Assembly: GCA_963793425.1 (NCBI GenBank)
Contig: CAWCAG010000007.1
Coordinates: 128,001-192,000, forward strand
DNA: 64,000 nt
Source: an uncultured cyanobacterium
GTDB lineage: Bacteria > Cyanobacteriota > Cyanobacteriia > Cyanobacteriales > CAWCAG01
Reading direction: 5' to 3'
Below are positions 10,259 to 21,834 of the stretch, piece after piece (the first letter of the stretch is position 1; every line of letters begins with the position of its first letter). The notes beneath the pieces were generated by a model, which worked only from the letters and a program-made list of their open reading frames with translations, did not search any database and was not told the origin of the DNA. The position numbers and the translations under genes are program-made.

Positions 10259-11698
10259 CTAAGACATCAAAGGTTTCATTTGTTGCACCTTTTCTTCCAT
10301 ATATTGAGCAATTTCTTCTTGCTTTTGAGGAGAATCAGTTTCTAGATAAACTCGCATTAAAGGTTCTGTACCAGAGGGACGCAGCAAGATCCAACTACCT
10401 TCTTCTAAGTATAGTTTAATACCATCTTTGCGACCGACCTCTTTTACCTTAATACCAGCAACTTCAGCGGGAGGATTGGTTTTATACTCTTCTAAAACCG
10501 CAGCTTTATGGGAGTCATCAAGGTGTAAATCTAGGCGCTGATTATATAATGGCCCATCGGCTTCGGCAATAACTTCTTCAACTAATTGAGATAAAGGCTT
10601 ACCTTCATAGGCGATCGCTTCTGCCACTAGCATATCGGCTAGGATGCCATCTTTTTCGGGAATATGGCCAATAATACTCAAACCGCCAGATTCTTCTCCA
10701 CCAATTAGTACCTCAGTTTCCCGCATTTTTGCGCCAATGTATTTGAAGCCTACAGCAGTTTCAAACAGTTTCAAACCATTTTTAAGGGCAAAATTGTCTA
10801 AAAGGTGAGTTGTGGCTACAGTACGGACGATAGCACCGGATTTGCCCCTATTTTTGATTAGGTGACGAGCTAATAATAATAAAACTGTATTAGGGGTGAG
10901 AACATTGCCTTTCTCATCAACAATACCGAAACGATCCGCATCACCATCTGTAGCTAAACCTAAATCAGCCCTATCCTGAGTAACCGCTTCAACTAAACCT
11001 TCTAATTGATCGGCTTTGGGTTCTGGCATTCCTCCACCAAAAAGAACATCACGGTGGGTATGAAAACTTTCTGTGTCGCAGCCACAATGTTCTAGAACTT
11101 CATCAAGATAACCGCGAGAGGTAGAGTAAAGGGCATCGAACTTAACTTTTAACCCAGCACTACTAATTTTATCAACATCAAGCAAACTGTAAATAAATTT
11201 TAAATATTCTGGTTTGGGGTCGAAAGTTGATATTTTATCAAGGTTTTTACCCTTGGCTGGGGCATCAGAAGCGCCTTCAATATTGGCAACAATTGTATCC
11301 GTTATTTCTGGTGTAGCTGGGCCGGCATAATCAGGAATATACTTGATACCGCAATACTGGGCAGGATTATGGCTAGCGGTGAACATCAAAGCCCCGGCGG
11401 AGTTGAGATGACGGGCATTATAAGCAATAACAGGAGTAGGACAATCGCGATCTACAACTTTGACTGTCCAACCCAAATCTGTAAGGATTTCTGCGGCCGT
11501 CTGGGCAAACTCGTCTGCTAAAAAACGAGGATCATAGGCAACTAAAACCGGACGACTTTTAGGATAGGCGGTTTCTAAATAAGCAGCGATCGCCCGTGTC
11601 ACTTTACAAACATTAGGGAAAGTAAAGTCATCAGCAATAATACCCCGCCAACCATCAGTACCAAACTTAATTTCTTTAGAACTACTGGATACACTCAT
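10259..11698 (-). CDS. Phosphoglucomutase/phosphomannomutase family protein
   Basis: FGTDGWRG, TASHNP, DGDADR, GGEESGG and RPSGTEP. Confidence 0.95.
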   Translation of the reverse strand: MSVSSSSKEIKFGTDGWRGIIADDFTFPNVCKVTRAIAAYLETAYPKSRPVLVAYDPRFLADEFAQTAAEILTDLGWTVKVVDRDCPTPVIAYNARHLNSAGALMFTASHNPAQYCGIKYIPDYAGPATPEITDTIVANIEGASDAPAKGKNLDKISTFDPKPEYLKFIYSLLDVDKISSAGLKVKFDALYSTSRGYLDEVLEHCGCDTESFHTHRDVLFGGGMPEPKADQLEGLVEAVTQDRADLGLATDGDADRFGIVDEKGNVLTPNTVLLLLARHLIKNRGKSGAIVRTVATTHLLDNFALKNGLKLFETAVGFKYIGAKMRETEVLIGGEESGGLSIIGHIPEKDGILADMLVAEAIAYEGKPLSQLVEEVIAEADGPLYNQRLDLHLDDSHKAAVLEEYKTNPPAEVAGIKVKEVGRKDGIKLYLEEGSWILLRPSGTEPLMRVYLETDSPQKQEEIAQYMEEKVQQMKPLMS

Positions 11699-11992
11699 AC
11701 TTAAACTATTTCCTTTATAAAACCAATTTAATAGTAATAGAAGGCGATCCAGTTTAGGTTAAGAGTTGGTTCAAGGCTTAAGGGGCAACTATCCATTCTG
11801 CCGTTGTCTGGGGCATTATTGATCATGATACGAGAATCAATTAAGCTTATGTTACTAATTACCGTAGAATGATGTCATTTCTTCTGGTAAATGATAAATT
11901 AGCTGCAATCAGGAATTAAATCTGCTAGCTTCTATCTATCGTCTCTATTAAACATCAACACCATACATTTATATTCGGAGCTGTAAACCACC

Positions 11993-12547
11993 GTGACTCA
12001 GACTGAAACTCCAACCTTAAATTCCTTGCAGAGTGAAGCCTCCCGTTTGCGAGAAGAACTTCAGCTTAGAGATCAGCTAGTCCAACAGCTATCTCAAGAA
12101 CTATTCCGACTGGTAAAGGGAAATGCTAACTTCATGCCCCAACCAGAAATTTCTGAACACCACAAAGCAGAAATGCAATTGTTGCGCGAACAAGTCCAAG
12201 AGGTAGAACAACAAGTAGAATTTTATCAAGAGCAGATTGCTGAGCGGGATGTAGAAATTTATCAACTACGTCAATCTGTTCAAGAATTAAGCGATCGCAG
12301 TAGAATGTTAGAGCAAGTAGTTCAAGAATTACCTCAGGTTTATCGCCGCAAATTCGCTGAGCGTATGATTCCGGTTAGAGAAAAAGTTGAAGGTTTACAA
12401 AGAGAAAATCGTCAACTTCATACCGAGTTACAAAGCGTAAGTTATCGCCTAGCAGTTAAAAATCGTCGCCAAGCTACTCGCATTGATTTACCCGATTTTA
12501 GGAATAGGGTTATTTCTAGCCCTATTCCTACCTTTGGTAACGCTTAA
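11993..12547 (+). CDS. Conserved cyanobacterial coiled-coil protein (Npun_F5560-like)
   Basis: Long heptad-rich Q/E/L sequence; RDQLVQQLSQELFRLVKGN. Confidence 0.7.
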   Translation: MTQTETPTLNSLQSEASRLREELQLRDQLVQQLSQELFRLVKGNANFMPQPEISEHHKAEMQLLREQVQEVEQQVEFYQEQIAERDVEIYQLRQSVQELSDRSRMLEQVVQELPQVYRRKFAERMIPVREKVEGLQRENRQLHTELQSVSYRLAVKNRRQATRIDLPDFRNRVISSPIPTFGNA

Positions 12548-12642
12548 TCAATGATCAATTATGCTTAGCGGCAACGGTGAGCCGGACAGTTATCAGATCA
12601 ATGATTAGTTATTCGCTTTAGGTGGTGGTGGGTTTTTGGGGA

Positions 12643-13518
12643 TTAATCTTGTTTTTTGATCCAATCTAAGCACTTTTCCATTTGCTCACTCATGGTTTCT
12701 GGATCTGCGTGGTAGCGACGACCATGACCTGGGAGTACCCACTCAAAAGAGTAATTAGCTAACTTTTCCATGGAATGGGTTAACTCTGCCCAAGAGTACC
12801 AGCAAGCCCGACGAAAAGCAAAAAGCTGATTGAGATCCTTAGACCAAGCAAGATGATCGCCTGTGAAAAGAAACTTGTTTTGATAAAGTAAGACGGTGTG
12901 ACCTTTAGTATGGCCGGGAACAGGAATAATTAATAGATCAGGGGCAAACTGCACTACTTCTAAACCCTTAAGCTGTATCTCTACGTCCTTCGTCCCTGAA
13001 TTGATTTCATCAGTGTGAAGTAGGCGATCGCAGCCAAAATGTTGGTGAAATTTTTGATGATCTGCCACATCATCCCGATGGGTTAAATACATATAACTTA
13101 CTCCCCCCATTTCCTCAAAACGTTTAACCAAAGGTGGTGCAAAGCGAGGGGAATCAACTAAGATATTACCTTCCGGACGCTGAATAAAATAGCTAGCTGC
13201 ACCGAAAGAATTTTCGGCATGATAACCGCAGTGGTAAACGTTTTCCGTAACTAAGAGAGGAAAGCTTTGTTGGGCTAGTTTAATATCCTGGGGTTTTTCT
13301 ACCGTACCAATAGAAGCTGTAGGGCAAGCTAACAGGGCTTGCATTGCCTGTAATCGTTCTTTTTCACCTTCAGGTTGATGATGTACTGCTGACTTACTTT
13401 CCTTTCTGTAATAGACTTGTGGAGCCATCCAGCGACAGGTATCACAGTCAATACAGCTACTATCTACATAAAAGTCACCATCAACATTTTCAGAGCGACG
13501 TTCTTTAAGTTTAGCCAT
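12643..13518 (-). CDS. MBL-fold metallo-hydrolase with N-terminal ferredoxin-like domain
   Basis: CIDCDTC...CP Fe-S motif; THRDD, PGHT, TGDH and PGHG. Confidence 0.9.
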   Translation of the reverse strand: MAKLKERRSENVDGDFYVDSSCIDCDTCRWMAPQVYYRKESKSAVHHQPEGEKERLQAMQALLACPTASIGTVEKPQDIKLAQQSFPLLVTENVYHCGYHAENSFGAASYFIQRPEGNILVDSPRFAPPLVKRFEEMGGVSYMYLTHRDDVADHQKFHQHFGCDRLLHTDEINSGTKDVEIQLKGLEVVQFAPDLLIIPVPGHTKGHTVLLYQNKFLFTGDHLAWSKDLNQLFAFRRACWYSWAELTHSMEKLANYSFEWVLPGHGRRYHADPETMSEQMEKCLDWIKKQD

Positions 13519-13622
13519 TTTTCTGATTTTTAAAGTTTATAATATTGAATTAGCTAAAATAAGCTATAACTCTTTTCTGCTACCTACTCCCTTGTCCCAG
13601 TAACCAATCTAGCCCGACAGCT

Positions 13623-14165
13623 ATGCTATCTACCAAAACAATTGAGCGTCTTAATCAACAAATAAACTTAGAGATATATTCCTCTCATCTCTATTTGCAA
13701 ATGAGTTCTTGGTGTTCTTTTCAATCCCTTGAAGGCTGTGCAGTCTTTCTTAGTCAACACGCCGACGAAGAGATGATGCATATGCGCCGTTTATTTAATT
13801 ATCTCCAAGAAACGGGAGCTTTAGCAACTATTGGTGGAATGCAAGCGCCACCAAGTAAGTTTGAATCATTGACGCAAATGTTTGAGAAAATCTATGAACA
13901 TGAACAAGTTGTTACTAGTAAGATTAATGATTTGGTGCATTTAGCCAATACCGAACCAGATTATGCAACTCTTCAGTTTCTCCAATGGTATGTTGCTGAA
14001 CAACACCAAGAAGAATTTTTATTCAAAAGCATTCTTGATAAGATTAATTTGATTGGTACAGAAGGGCAAGGAATCTTTTTTATAGATCGCGAAATTGGCA
14101 ACATGGCAAATAATAAAGCAGAACAAACAACAACAATGACTGATGAAGAAACAGTCATGAATTGA
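13623..14165 (+). CDS. ftnA: Non-heme ferritin
   Basis: LNQQINLE.YSS.LYLQMS.W, EEMMH and FLQWYVAEQHQEE. Confidence 0.92.
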   Translation: MLSTKTIERLNQQINLEIYSSHLYLQMSSWCSFQSLEGCAVFLSQHADEEMMHMRRLFNYLQETGALATIGGMQAPPSKFESLTQMFEKIYEHEQVVTSKINDLVHLANTEPDYATLQFLQWYVAEQHQEEFLFKSILDKINLIGTEGQGIFFIDREIGNMANNKAEQTTTMTDEETVMN

Positions 14166-14192
14166 TTGCTTTCCCTTGGAAATTTCACTCTA

Positions 14193-14588
14193 TTATAGGC
14201 AATTTTCATCAAGCCCTAAAATCTCATCAACAACAACCTCACCTATGGGGCGTGAACCTTCCATAAAATAACCTCTTATACCAATTTTTATCCTGTTTTT
14301 ATGTATTTTCTCTCTCATCTCACAGGATAATATTCGCATTGAGGCACGACCATTTAATGGCACAGGGATATTTTTACCAAGAGGATTACCCATGTCATCC
14401 AAAAATTCAGGGTGAATCATATAAATTCCTGTCTGTTTAATATCATCATCTTTATAAGCGAAGTCACAGCGAAGATGTTGATAGGTTACTTTTCTGCCGC
14501 CTTGATTCTCTGAGTAAAGGTGATATTTAACCTGGAAATCTGGTTTATTTTGAGGCACAGTATTCTGGTCAACTACGCTATTAATCAA
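14193..14588 (-). CDS. Hypothetical protein resembling a stand-alone EF-Tu domain III
   Basis: F....Y...SENQGGR and MEGSRPIGEVVVDEILG resemble EF-Tu domain III motifs LSKDEGGR and REGGRTVGAGVV. Start codon uncertain. Confidence 0.55.
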   Translation of the reverse strand: MINSVVDQNTVPQNKPDFQVKYHLYSENQGGRKVTYQHLRCDFAYKDDDIKQTGIYMIHPEFLDDMGNPLGKNIPVPLNGRASMRILSCEMREKIHKNRIKIGIRGYFMEGSRPIGEVVVDEILGLDENCL

Positions 14589-14669
14589 TTAAATCTTATT
14601 GACAATATCTTGGGGAGAAGTTTTCATTGCTTTTCTCCTGAAAGACTTTTTTGAAGACTGCCCAATAAT

Positions 14670-15233
14670 TTACTCTAGCAACCAAGCAAACAACTCCTTA
14701 AGCGTAAGCTGTAATTCACTTGCAAATGATGGCACAGGAAGAAGATCATCTGGCTGTTCAAATACTTCAGTTTCTTGTTTAGGATGATAGATAAAGACAG
14801 TTTGCTCATTTGGATCAATCAACCAACCCATTTGCGTGCCATGTTTCAGGCAGTGGAGAATATTCTTGGTTACTTTTGTTTGACTTTGATCCGGAGACAA
14901 AATTTCAATTGTCCAATCTGGCGCAAGAGAAAATACGTTAGCAATTTCCCCATTCTCATCACGGGGAATTCTACTCCAAGTAAATACTACAATATCAGGT
15001 ATAGTTGAGCGGCCACCAAATGTGCAACGTAACTCAGGAAAGGCACGAGCAATACGCTTTGATTTAACTACACTATTGATAGCAGGTACAAATTCTCCTT
15101 GAATTGCGCTATGTTTCCCCTGGGGCATTGGCTTTGAGATAATTTTACCATTGATGTATTCCTGGGCAGGCTTGGTTTCTGGTAATTTTAGAAACTCTGT
15201 TAATGTCAGTGTTTTAGATGGTGTTTGTACCAT
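14670..15233 (-). CDS. Uma2-family endonuclease
   Basis: LTEFLKLPETKPAQEYING, PDIVV, PDWTIEILSP and GWLIDP. Confidence 0.92.
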   Translation of the reverse strand: MVQTPSKTLTLTEFLKLPETKPAQEYINGKIISKPMPQGKHSAIQGEFVPAINSVVKSKRIARAFPELRCTFGGRSTIPDIVVFTWSRIPRDENGEIANVFSLAPDWTIEILSPDQSQTKVTKNILHCLKHGTQMGWLIDPNEQTVFIYHPKQETEVFEQPDDLLPVPSFASELQLTLKELFAWLLE

Positions 15234-15287
15234 TTGGGCTTGCCTCTACATCTACTCAATCTGATACTAATAACTGCTAATTGAGTA

Positions 15288-16676
15288 CTAGTTTGCTACT
15301 AAAGATTTTGCCTCTGCCAAAGCTTTTTTAACTTGCTCAAAACCAGTACCACCATAACTATTACGGGCTGCTACAACTTGTTGAGGAGAAATAGCTTGGT
15401 AAATGTCTTCTTCAAAAGCAGGATGCAATTGTTGCCATTCTTCTAAAGTTAAATCTTTGAGTAATTTACCAGCAGCTAAACTAGTTTTCACTACCTTACC
15501 CACCAGGTTATAAGCTTCTCGAAAAGGTACACCCTTAGTTGCTAAATAATCTGCCACATCGGTAGCATTAGAAAAGTCTTCTGCTACGGCTTCTCCTAAA
15601 CGCTGGGTACGAAACTCTAATCCTTCTTTTAAAAGCACTGTCATCGCTTCTAAGCAACCTTGGACGGTTTTAACTGCATCAAATAAAGCTTCCTTGTCTT
15701 CCTGTAAGTCTTTGTTGTAGGCAAGGGGTAATCCTTTCATCAACACTAACATTCCTTGGAGATGACCAAAAACTCGACCAGTTTTCCCCCTGACTAATTC
15801 TGGAACATCAGGGTTCTTTTTTTGGGGCATAATACTAGAACCAGTGGAACAGTTATCTTTGAGGGTAATGAAGCTAAATTCCTGGGAAGCCCAGAGAATA
15901 ATCTCCTCGGAAATGCGGCTGAGGTGAACCATAATTAAGCTGGCAGCACTGAGAAATTCAATGGCAAAGTCGCGATCGCTAACTCCATCTAAACTATTGG
16001 CATATACTCCCCCAAAACCAAGCTCTGAGGCAGTATAATGACGGTCTATAGGAAAGGTTGTACCAGCTAATGCACCGCTACCTAGAGGGGAAATATTAGT
16101 CCGTTGATAAACTTCTCCTAATCTTTCCCAGTCTCGCTGTGCCATTTGGAAATAGGCGAGGAGATGATGGGCTAGGCTGAGAGGTTGCGCCCTTTGGAGG
16201 TGGGTATAACCGGGAATGAGGGTTTCTACGTGATTTTCGGCATGATTGAGTAAGACTTCTTGCCACTGCCGCAATTGAGTCTGAATTTCTTTGATTTGTT
16301 CCCGCAAATAGAGGCGAGTATCTGTCCCGACTTGATCATTACGGGAACGCCCAGTATGGAGTTTTTTACCAACATCACCAATTATTTCCGTTAAGCGACG
16401 TTCCACAGCAAAATGAACATCTTCTGCATCAATACCAGGGTTAAAGTTTCCGGCTTGGTATTCTGAACGAATTTGTTCTAAACCCGCTACTAGTTTTTCT
16501 CCTTCTTCCGGAGAAATTATGCCTGTACGGGCTAACATTTTGCCGTGGGCAATAGAACCCGTTAGGTCATATTCAATTAATTCCAGATCAAAACCAATGC
16601 TGGCATTAAATTCTGCGATCGCAGGATGTAGAGATGTTTCAAAGCGATCGCTCCAAGTTTTCTTTTCTTTCACCAC
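15288..16676 (-). CDS. argH: Argininosuccinate lyase
   Basis: [21 protein letters not shown] and [12 protein letters not shown]. Confidence 0.98.
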   Translation of the reverse strand: MVKEKKTWSDRFETSLHPAIAEFNASIGFDLELIEYDLTGSIAHGKMLARTGIISPEEGEKLVAGLEQIRSEYQAGNFNPGIDAEDVHFAVERRLTEIIGDVGKKLHTGRSRNDQVGTDTRLYLREQIKEIQTQLRQWQEVLLNHAENHVETLIPGYTHLQRAQPLSLAHHLLAYFQMAQRDWERLGEVYQRTNISPLGSGALAGTTFPIDRHYTASELGFGGVYANSLDGVSDRDFAIEFLSAASLIMVHLSRISEEIILWASQEFSFITLKDNCSTGSSIMPQKKNPDVPELVRGKTGRVFGHLQGMLVLMKGLPLAYNKDLQEDKEALFDAVKTVQGCLEAMTVLLKEGLEFRTQRLGEAVAEDFSNATDVADYLATKGVPFREAYNLVGKVVKTSLAAGKLLKDLTLEEWQQLHPAFEEDIYQAISPQQVVAARNSYGGTGFEQVKKALAEAKSLVAN

Positions 16677-16745
16677 GAAATTTCAACCCCTCATTTCATT
16701 TAACATTGAGCATTTTACATTTATCGTTTAGCTGCAAACTAATTT

Positions 16746-16958
16746 CTAGCCGAAAGAAGTAAAACCGCGAATAAAATAACCCAAGGTTATGCCGATTAGG
16801 AAAGCCCAGATTTGCCCAGATTCGATGAAATTTTGTACTGCCCCACGCATCTGACCGAGAACATCTGGATCTGATACTGCTTGAGCTAATATGTTGCTTA
16901 AATAAGGTAAATGTGCTGTTGCTATGTCCATATTTGTCTGCATCCCGATTAAAGTCAT
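16746..16958 (-). CDS. Small hypothetical membrane protein
   Basis: ILAQ...DPD.LGQM...NFIESGQIWAFLIG with a C-terminal hydrophobic helix. Start uncertain. Confidence 0.65.
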   Translation of the reverse strand: MTLIGMQTNMDIATAHLPYLSNILAQAVSDPDVLGQMRGAVQNFIESGQIWAFLIGITLGYFIRGFTSFG

Positions 16959-16994
16959 CTTGATTAATCTACCCTACTCAACGCTTCTTTTTCC

Positions 16995-18455
16995 TTAATT
17001 ACAAGGAGAACTTTGTTGCTGAGAAGATTTTACCTGCATTACCACTAATGTCATATCATCACCGTTGCGATTGCCCAGACCAATGAACTGTTGTACTCTC
17101 TCAAAAAGATGCTCAAGAATACCTTGGGGGTGATGACCCTCTTGGCAAGCCCATTTAAAGGCCGTTACTAAATTATCTTCATCAAAGCGGTCACCATTTT
17201 TGTTAACTCCATCAGTAAAACCATCTGTGTAATAAATTATTGTATCCCCTGGAGCAAGTTGTATTTGAGCATCTTCATATTCTGATTCTGCGTCTAGCCC
17301 AATTAACATACCCAAGGTATCTAAGCGAATAATCGAACTACTAGCTGCGTGCCATAGCAACGGCGGGTTATGAGCAGCATTACTGTAGGCAAGAATCCCA
17401 GTTTTGGGGTTGTATTCAGAGTAAAATAAGGTGACAAATCGATGGGAATTTTCTAAATCCTCATACATAACCCGGTTTAAGTGCTGGAGGATTTTTGCTG
17501 GGGAGTTGCGGTTGAGGACTTCTGCCCTGAGCATTCCCCTGGTCATGGTCATTATTAATCCCGCAGGTACTCCTTTCCCCATCACGTCCCCAATGGTAAT
17601 ACTCCAAGGAACACATTGGGAAGACTGGGAACCATCTGGATTTTGCCTGATTTGGTCGTAATTAGCAGGGATAAAATCGTAGTAATCTCCCCCTACTCGG
17701 CTAGCAGTTTGGCAATTAGCGGCTAATTCTACCCCAGCAATTTGTGGGCATTTGCTAGGGAGTAGGTGGACTTGTATTTCTGAAGCGATTTCTAGTTCTC
17801 GGTCTAAGCGTTCTTTTTGCCGCAGTTCTACGGTTAAATCGTTATTAGCAATAGCCACAGCAGTTTGATCTGCCACTAGCTGAACTAACTTTCTGCGAGT
17901 GGAAGTCCAACTATAATCTTCGTTGCGACTAAAAACATATAAACGCCCTCTGTCTCTATTTTTTAGGAGAATGGGCGTACCAAAAAGCTTAACTTCTGGC
18001 TCTAGATAATTTTTGAGTTTTTCATCAAGATATTCAGCAAAGGGAAGGGGCAGTTTGTTTTCCCCTGGGCTGTTTTTGGCTTGTTTTTGTAGGGCATTGA
18101 AGTAAGCGATCGCCTTATCTAAGGCCAAGCTAATATCTTGACAACTATTGCTCTGCTGACAATGCAATAATTCTAGCCGCACTCTACCATTAGGCTTCAA
18201 TAAAACCAAAGCCCCTCCTTCTGCATCCGTAACCCTTGCGGCCATCAGAGGTACAATTTCTAGAAATTGTTTTAAGTTATTGAAGCTACGGAGGGCAAAC
18301 CCCAAGGAACTCAAGAGGTTTTGAACTTTGTGCTGCTCCCTAGAAAGGTCAGCTACTAATTCTTTTAAGGCCAAAATTGGTTGCGTGTCAGTAACAGCAA
18401 CTTTTCGGTCATTATCTCCAGAGTACTGGCGACGTGGAATAGGGACAGCAGTCAT
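16995..18455 (-). CDS. GAF + PP2C/SpoIIE (RsbU-like) phosphatase
   Basis: VGGDYYD, IGDVMGKG, NAAH, YTDG and DDMT, with an N-terminal GAF-like region. Confidence 0.92.
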   Translation of the reverse strand: MTAVPIPRRQYSGDNDRKVAVTDTQPILALKELVADLSREQHKVQNLLSSLGFALRSFNNLKQFLEIVPLMAARVTDAEGGALVLLKPNGRVRLELLHCQQSNSCQDISLALDKAIAYFNALQKQAKNSPGENKLPLPFAEYLDEKLKNYLEPEVKLFGTPILLKNRDRGRLYVFSRNEDYSWTSTRRKLVQLVADQTAVAIANNDLTVELRQKERLDRELEIASEIQVHLLPSKCPQIAGVELAANCQTASRVGGDYYDFIPANYDQIRQNPDGSQSSQCVPWSITIGDVMGKGVPAGLIMTMTRGMLRAEVLNRNSPAKILQHLNRVMYEDLENSHRFVTLFYSEYNPKTGILAYSNAAHNPPLLWHAASSSIIRLDTLGMLIGLDAESEYEDAQIQLAPGDTIIYYTDGFTDGVNKNGDRFDEDNLVTAFKWACQEGHHPQGILEHLFERVQQFIGLGNRNGDDMTLVVMQVKSSQQQSSPCN

Positions 18456-18772
18456 CGCAAGGAATTTCGCAATTTTTTATAGGGGATTTTGCTCGATTTT
18501 TCCTTCAAAGGAGGCTCAAAAAACCAGATAGCTGGTATTTTCTATCAGGATAATTGATACTTGCTGATTATCTGGCAAGATGTACCAAACAACAGAGGGC
18601 CTCATCACCCTTAAGGAGTAAGCACAGTTATTGTAGCAACCACATTTTGGTTTTATGTGGCTTGAGGCTGGTAAATGATAGCGTTAAATGCCATTTTTGC
18701 CAATAGGTAAGTGGGGTTATTTTTTATTGGGGAGCGAAAAGGGGAAGAATGTACTTACTTGCTTTCCCCAGT

Positions 18773-20764
18773 TCATTTTTTCATTTCTGAGAGTGCATTT
18801 TTGGTCATCGCTGCGATCGCGCTGTCAGTTGCTTTAGGAAGATGGTAATATTTTCCCCCTGCTTGCTTAGCTAATTCCTTAGCAAAACCCGTAGAAACAA
18901 ATTTATTTTCTGTATCAATTACTAGTATTTGCATTCCCAAAGCGTTGATTCTGGCAGCAATATCGAGTAATTCTGCTTTTATATCTGGTTTTTCATCTTC
19001 CGGTAAAGTATCTCCTAAAGAACGGGCTAAGGGGATATTTCCCCTACCATCAGTGATAGCCACAATCACCACTTGACCAATATCTCCTGACATTTGGGCA
19101 TTAGTTCCCACATGAACTGCTTGGGTTAAGCCATGTGCCAAAGGAGAACCACCGCCACAGGGTAGTTGTTCTAATCGTCCTTTCGCTAGGGCAATGGAAC
19201 GGGTGGGGGGCAGTAGAACTTCTGCCCTTTCACCCCGGAAAGGAATCAAGGCTACTTGATCACGATTTTCATAGGCTTCGGTTAAGAGGCGCAAGACGGC
19301 CCCTTTTGCTGATTGCATTCGGTTTAAGGCCATGGAACCGGAAGCATCTACTACGAATACAACTAAGGAACCAGCTTTCCTGACTAAACGCTTAGCCCGT
19401 AAATCACTTTGTTCTACGATAACTGTACGATCGGGGTGGCGTAGCCTCCTGGCTTTTTGATAGGGGGCAGCGGCACGGAGGGTTGCATCTACAGCGACTC
19501 GACGTACTTTTCCTTTCGGTAACATCGGTTTAATGTAGCGTCCCCGATCATCGGAAAAAATGACGCTGCGACTACCAGATTTTCCTTGACGCTGAGCCAT
19601 TTGAGTAAAGTAAAGGACGCTAGGGTCGAGGATGACTCCTGCGGCATCAAAGAGAAATTCTTCTGGTATATCTGGGGGTTCTTGTTGTTCTTCTTCCTCT
19701 GGTTGCTCCTCCTGGTCTTCTTTTTCTTCATCAGGTTCTTGCTGATTTTCGTCTTGGTTTTGGGGCTGTGGTGGCGGAGGGGGTTGCTGTTCTTCTTCTG
19801 GAGGGGTTTGTATGACCGTAGAACGGGGTACAATCACTAATTCCACTGCCCGACGTAAATCTTCTGCTGTCACGTCGTTTCTCCCTTCTAAAGCGGCGGC
19901 GGCTTTCGCAACTCTAAGGGCGAATAGTTCGGCCCGATGCCCTTCTACTTCTCCCCTAACGGCTTCTTCCACTAGATAGGTTATTTGTTCTTTGCTGATA
20001 TGAACATCTTTTAACCATTCTCTGGCGAGGATGATCTCTGTTTTGAGGTTATCCATATCCTCTTGATACTGACTGAGAAAATCTTGGGGAGAGTAGGTAT
20101 AACCAATGGCTTGTTCTACGGCTTGGACTCGCTGATCTAAGGCTAAAACTCCATCGGCGGAAAGGGTAATGGCGATGCGGTCTAATAAATGTTCTCGTAG
20201 AGTACCTTCTTCTGGGTTATAAGTGGCGAGTAAAAGAGGCTTGCAAGGATGTTCAATACTAATACCTTCTCGTTCTACCCGATTGCATCCTTCGGTTAAA
20301 ACTGTTAAAAGTTGGTTGGCAATTTGCTCATCAAGGAGGTTGATTTCGTCAATATAGAGTACTCCCCGATGGGCTTTAGCTAATAGTCCCGGCTGGAAGA
20401 TGGGTTCCCCCTGTTGGACAGATTTTTCTACATCCACTGAACCTAAAAGACGATCTTCTGTGGTTCCTAAAGGAATTTGCACAAAGGGGGGCTGAATAAT
20501 TTCTACTTCTTGGTCTGAAGGTTGAATTAAGTTTGTTCCTGAGAATTCTGCAACTGGTTTGAGGTTACAGTAAGACCCTTTAACCACTTCAATGGGAGGT
20601 AAAAGGGCGTGAATTGCCCTGGCCATGACTGATTTAGCCGTACCCCGACGACCGGCGATCGCAACTCCCCCTAATCCGGGATCTACTGCTGCTAGTAATA
20701 AAGCCAGTTTGATAGCATCTTGCCCCACTACAGCAGTGAGGGGAAAAGTTAAGTTAGCAGTCAT
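18773..20764 (-). CDS. chlD: Magnesium chelatase subunit D
   Basis: AAA domain (GRRGTAKS), Pro/Glu-rich linker and vWA domain (DASGSM). Confidence 0.97.
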   Translation of the reverse strand: MTANLTFPLTAVVGQDAIKLALLLAAVDPGLGGVAIAGRRGTAKSVMARAIHALLPPIEVVKGSYCNLKPVAEFSGTNLIQPSDQEVEIIQPPFVQIPLGTTEDRLLGSVDVEKSVQQGEPIFQPGLLAKAHRGVLYIDEINLLDEQIANQLLTVLTEGCNRVEREGISIEHPCKPLLLATYNPEEGTLREHLLDRIAITLSADGVLALDQRVQAVEQAIGYTYSPQDFLSQYQEDMDNLKTEIILAREWLKDVHISKEQITYLVEEAVRGEVEGHRAELFALRVAKAAAALEGRNDVTAEDLRRAVELVIVPRSTVIQTPPEEEQQPPPPPQPQNQDENQQEPDEEKEDQEEQPEEEEQQEPPDIPEEFLFDAAGVILDPSVLYFTQMAQRQGKSGSRSVIFSDDRGRYIKPMLPKGKVRRVAVDATLRAAAPYQKARRLRHPDRTVIVEQSDLRAKRLVRKAGSLVVFVVDASGSMALNRMQSAKGAVLRLLTEAYENRDQVALIPFRGERAEVLLPPTRSIALAKGRLEQLPCGGGSPLAHGLTQAVHVGTNAQMSGDIGQVVIVAITDGRGNIPLARSLGDTLPEDEKPDIKAELLDIAARINALGMQILVIDTENKFVSTGFAKELAKQAGGKYYHLPKATDSAIAAMTKNALSEMKK

Positions 20765-20782
20765 AGTTTAAGTTATTAGTTA

Positions 20783-21709
20783 CTAATGATCAACGCAACC
20801 CAAGGCAAGACCAATTTGTTGGGCGAGAGAATCAATTAACTCGATGTTTTCTTCCCTAACCTGGTAATCTTTTCTCCATTGCACAGAAAGAATTGCTTCT
20901 AGTTGCTTGCGGAAGAACACCGGGGCTGCAATATGAACTTTAAGGTCTGTACCTTGATAATGTTGACTGGTGGTGGCATTAGAGTCAACTAAAGACTCTA
21001 TCCAAACTTGGAGTTGTCTTGCGTTGATAACTTTAGTTACTAAAGGATCTTGGACAAGGAAATCTGCTGCTAATTCACCATTGCTATATTTACCTTGAGT
21101 TGCTACTAAGCTTTGATTTTCTACAAGCTGCAAAATACAACCATCCCCTTGTAAACTTTCTCCTATAGCTGTGGCGATAGGTTCTAAGGTTGCTTCAATG
21201 GAGGTGGCAGTTTGGGCGATTTCACCAATTTTCATTAGTAAAGCAACTTGTTTGTTGGTACGGTGTCTTTCTAGGCGACGACCTCTCAATGTATCGTAGG
21301 TTTCAGCAGCATCTTGAACTACCAACCTTAAGGTTTGCGGGTCCCAAGGTTTGGTGATGTATTTGTATACTTGTCCAGAATTAATTGCATCAACCAAGTC
21401 TTCCACATCGCTAAATCCCGTTAAGATTATACGCATGGTATCAGGGAATTGGGGAACGGTTTTGCTTAAAAACTCTGTTCCTTTCATCTCCGGCATTCTT
21501 TGGTCAGAGATAATGACCGCAACTTCCCCTTGATTGGAAAGAACTTCTAAAGCTTCTACACCGCTATTGGCTTTATAAACCTGAAAGCTACGACGAAAAG
21601 TACGATAAAGCAAGTCTAAGTTATCTGGTTCGTCGTCTACCACCAGCATTTTCGGTTTTTTTCCTTTTTCCATTTCTTTAAGTAATTTGTTAATATCATT
21701 TGGGTTCAT
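20783..21709 (-). CDS. Response regulator, receiver + GAF-like domain
   Basis: LVVDDEPDN, ISDQRMP, ILTG and YITKPWD, followed by a GAF-like C-terminus. Confidence 0.85.
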   Translation of the reverse strand: MNPNDINKLLKEMEKGKKPKMLVVDDEPDNLDLLYRTFRRSFQVYKANSGVEALEVLSNQGEVAVIISDQRMPEMKGTEFLSKTVPQFPDTMRIILTGFSDVEDLVDAINSGQVYKYITKPWDPQTLRLVVQDAAETYDTLRGRRLERHRTNKQVALLMKIGEIAQTATSIEATLEPIATAIGESLQGDGCILQLVENQSLVATQGKYSNGELAADFLVQDPLVTKVINARQLQVWIESLVDSNATTSQHYQGTDLKVHIAAPVFFRKQLEAILSVQWRKDYQVREENIELIDSLAQQIGLALGCVDH

Positions 21710-21834
21710 ATCAATAAAATTAAATTAGCGCAACTGTCTGTGTATGTAAGATAAGGCTCACTTTAGTAGATTAACCCAAGACTTTGAAGATTGCTTTATC
21801 GACGATTGCTTCGTTATTGCATAATTTTATTATT

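Noticed and set aside
13519..13622. Fur/PerR box between the MBL hydrolase and ftnA
   Set aside because: TTATAATATTGAA is only a partial match in AT-rich DNA and cannot be supported.
19660..19810. Low-complexity Pro/Glu/Gln tract
   Set aside because: It is the normal ChlD linker.
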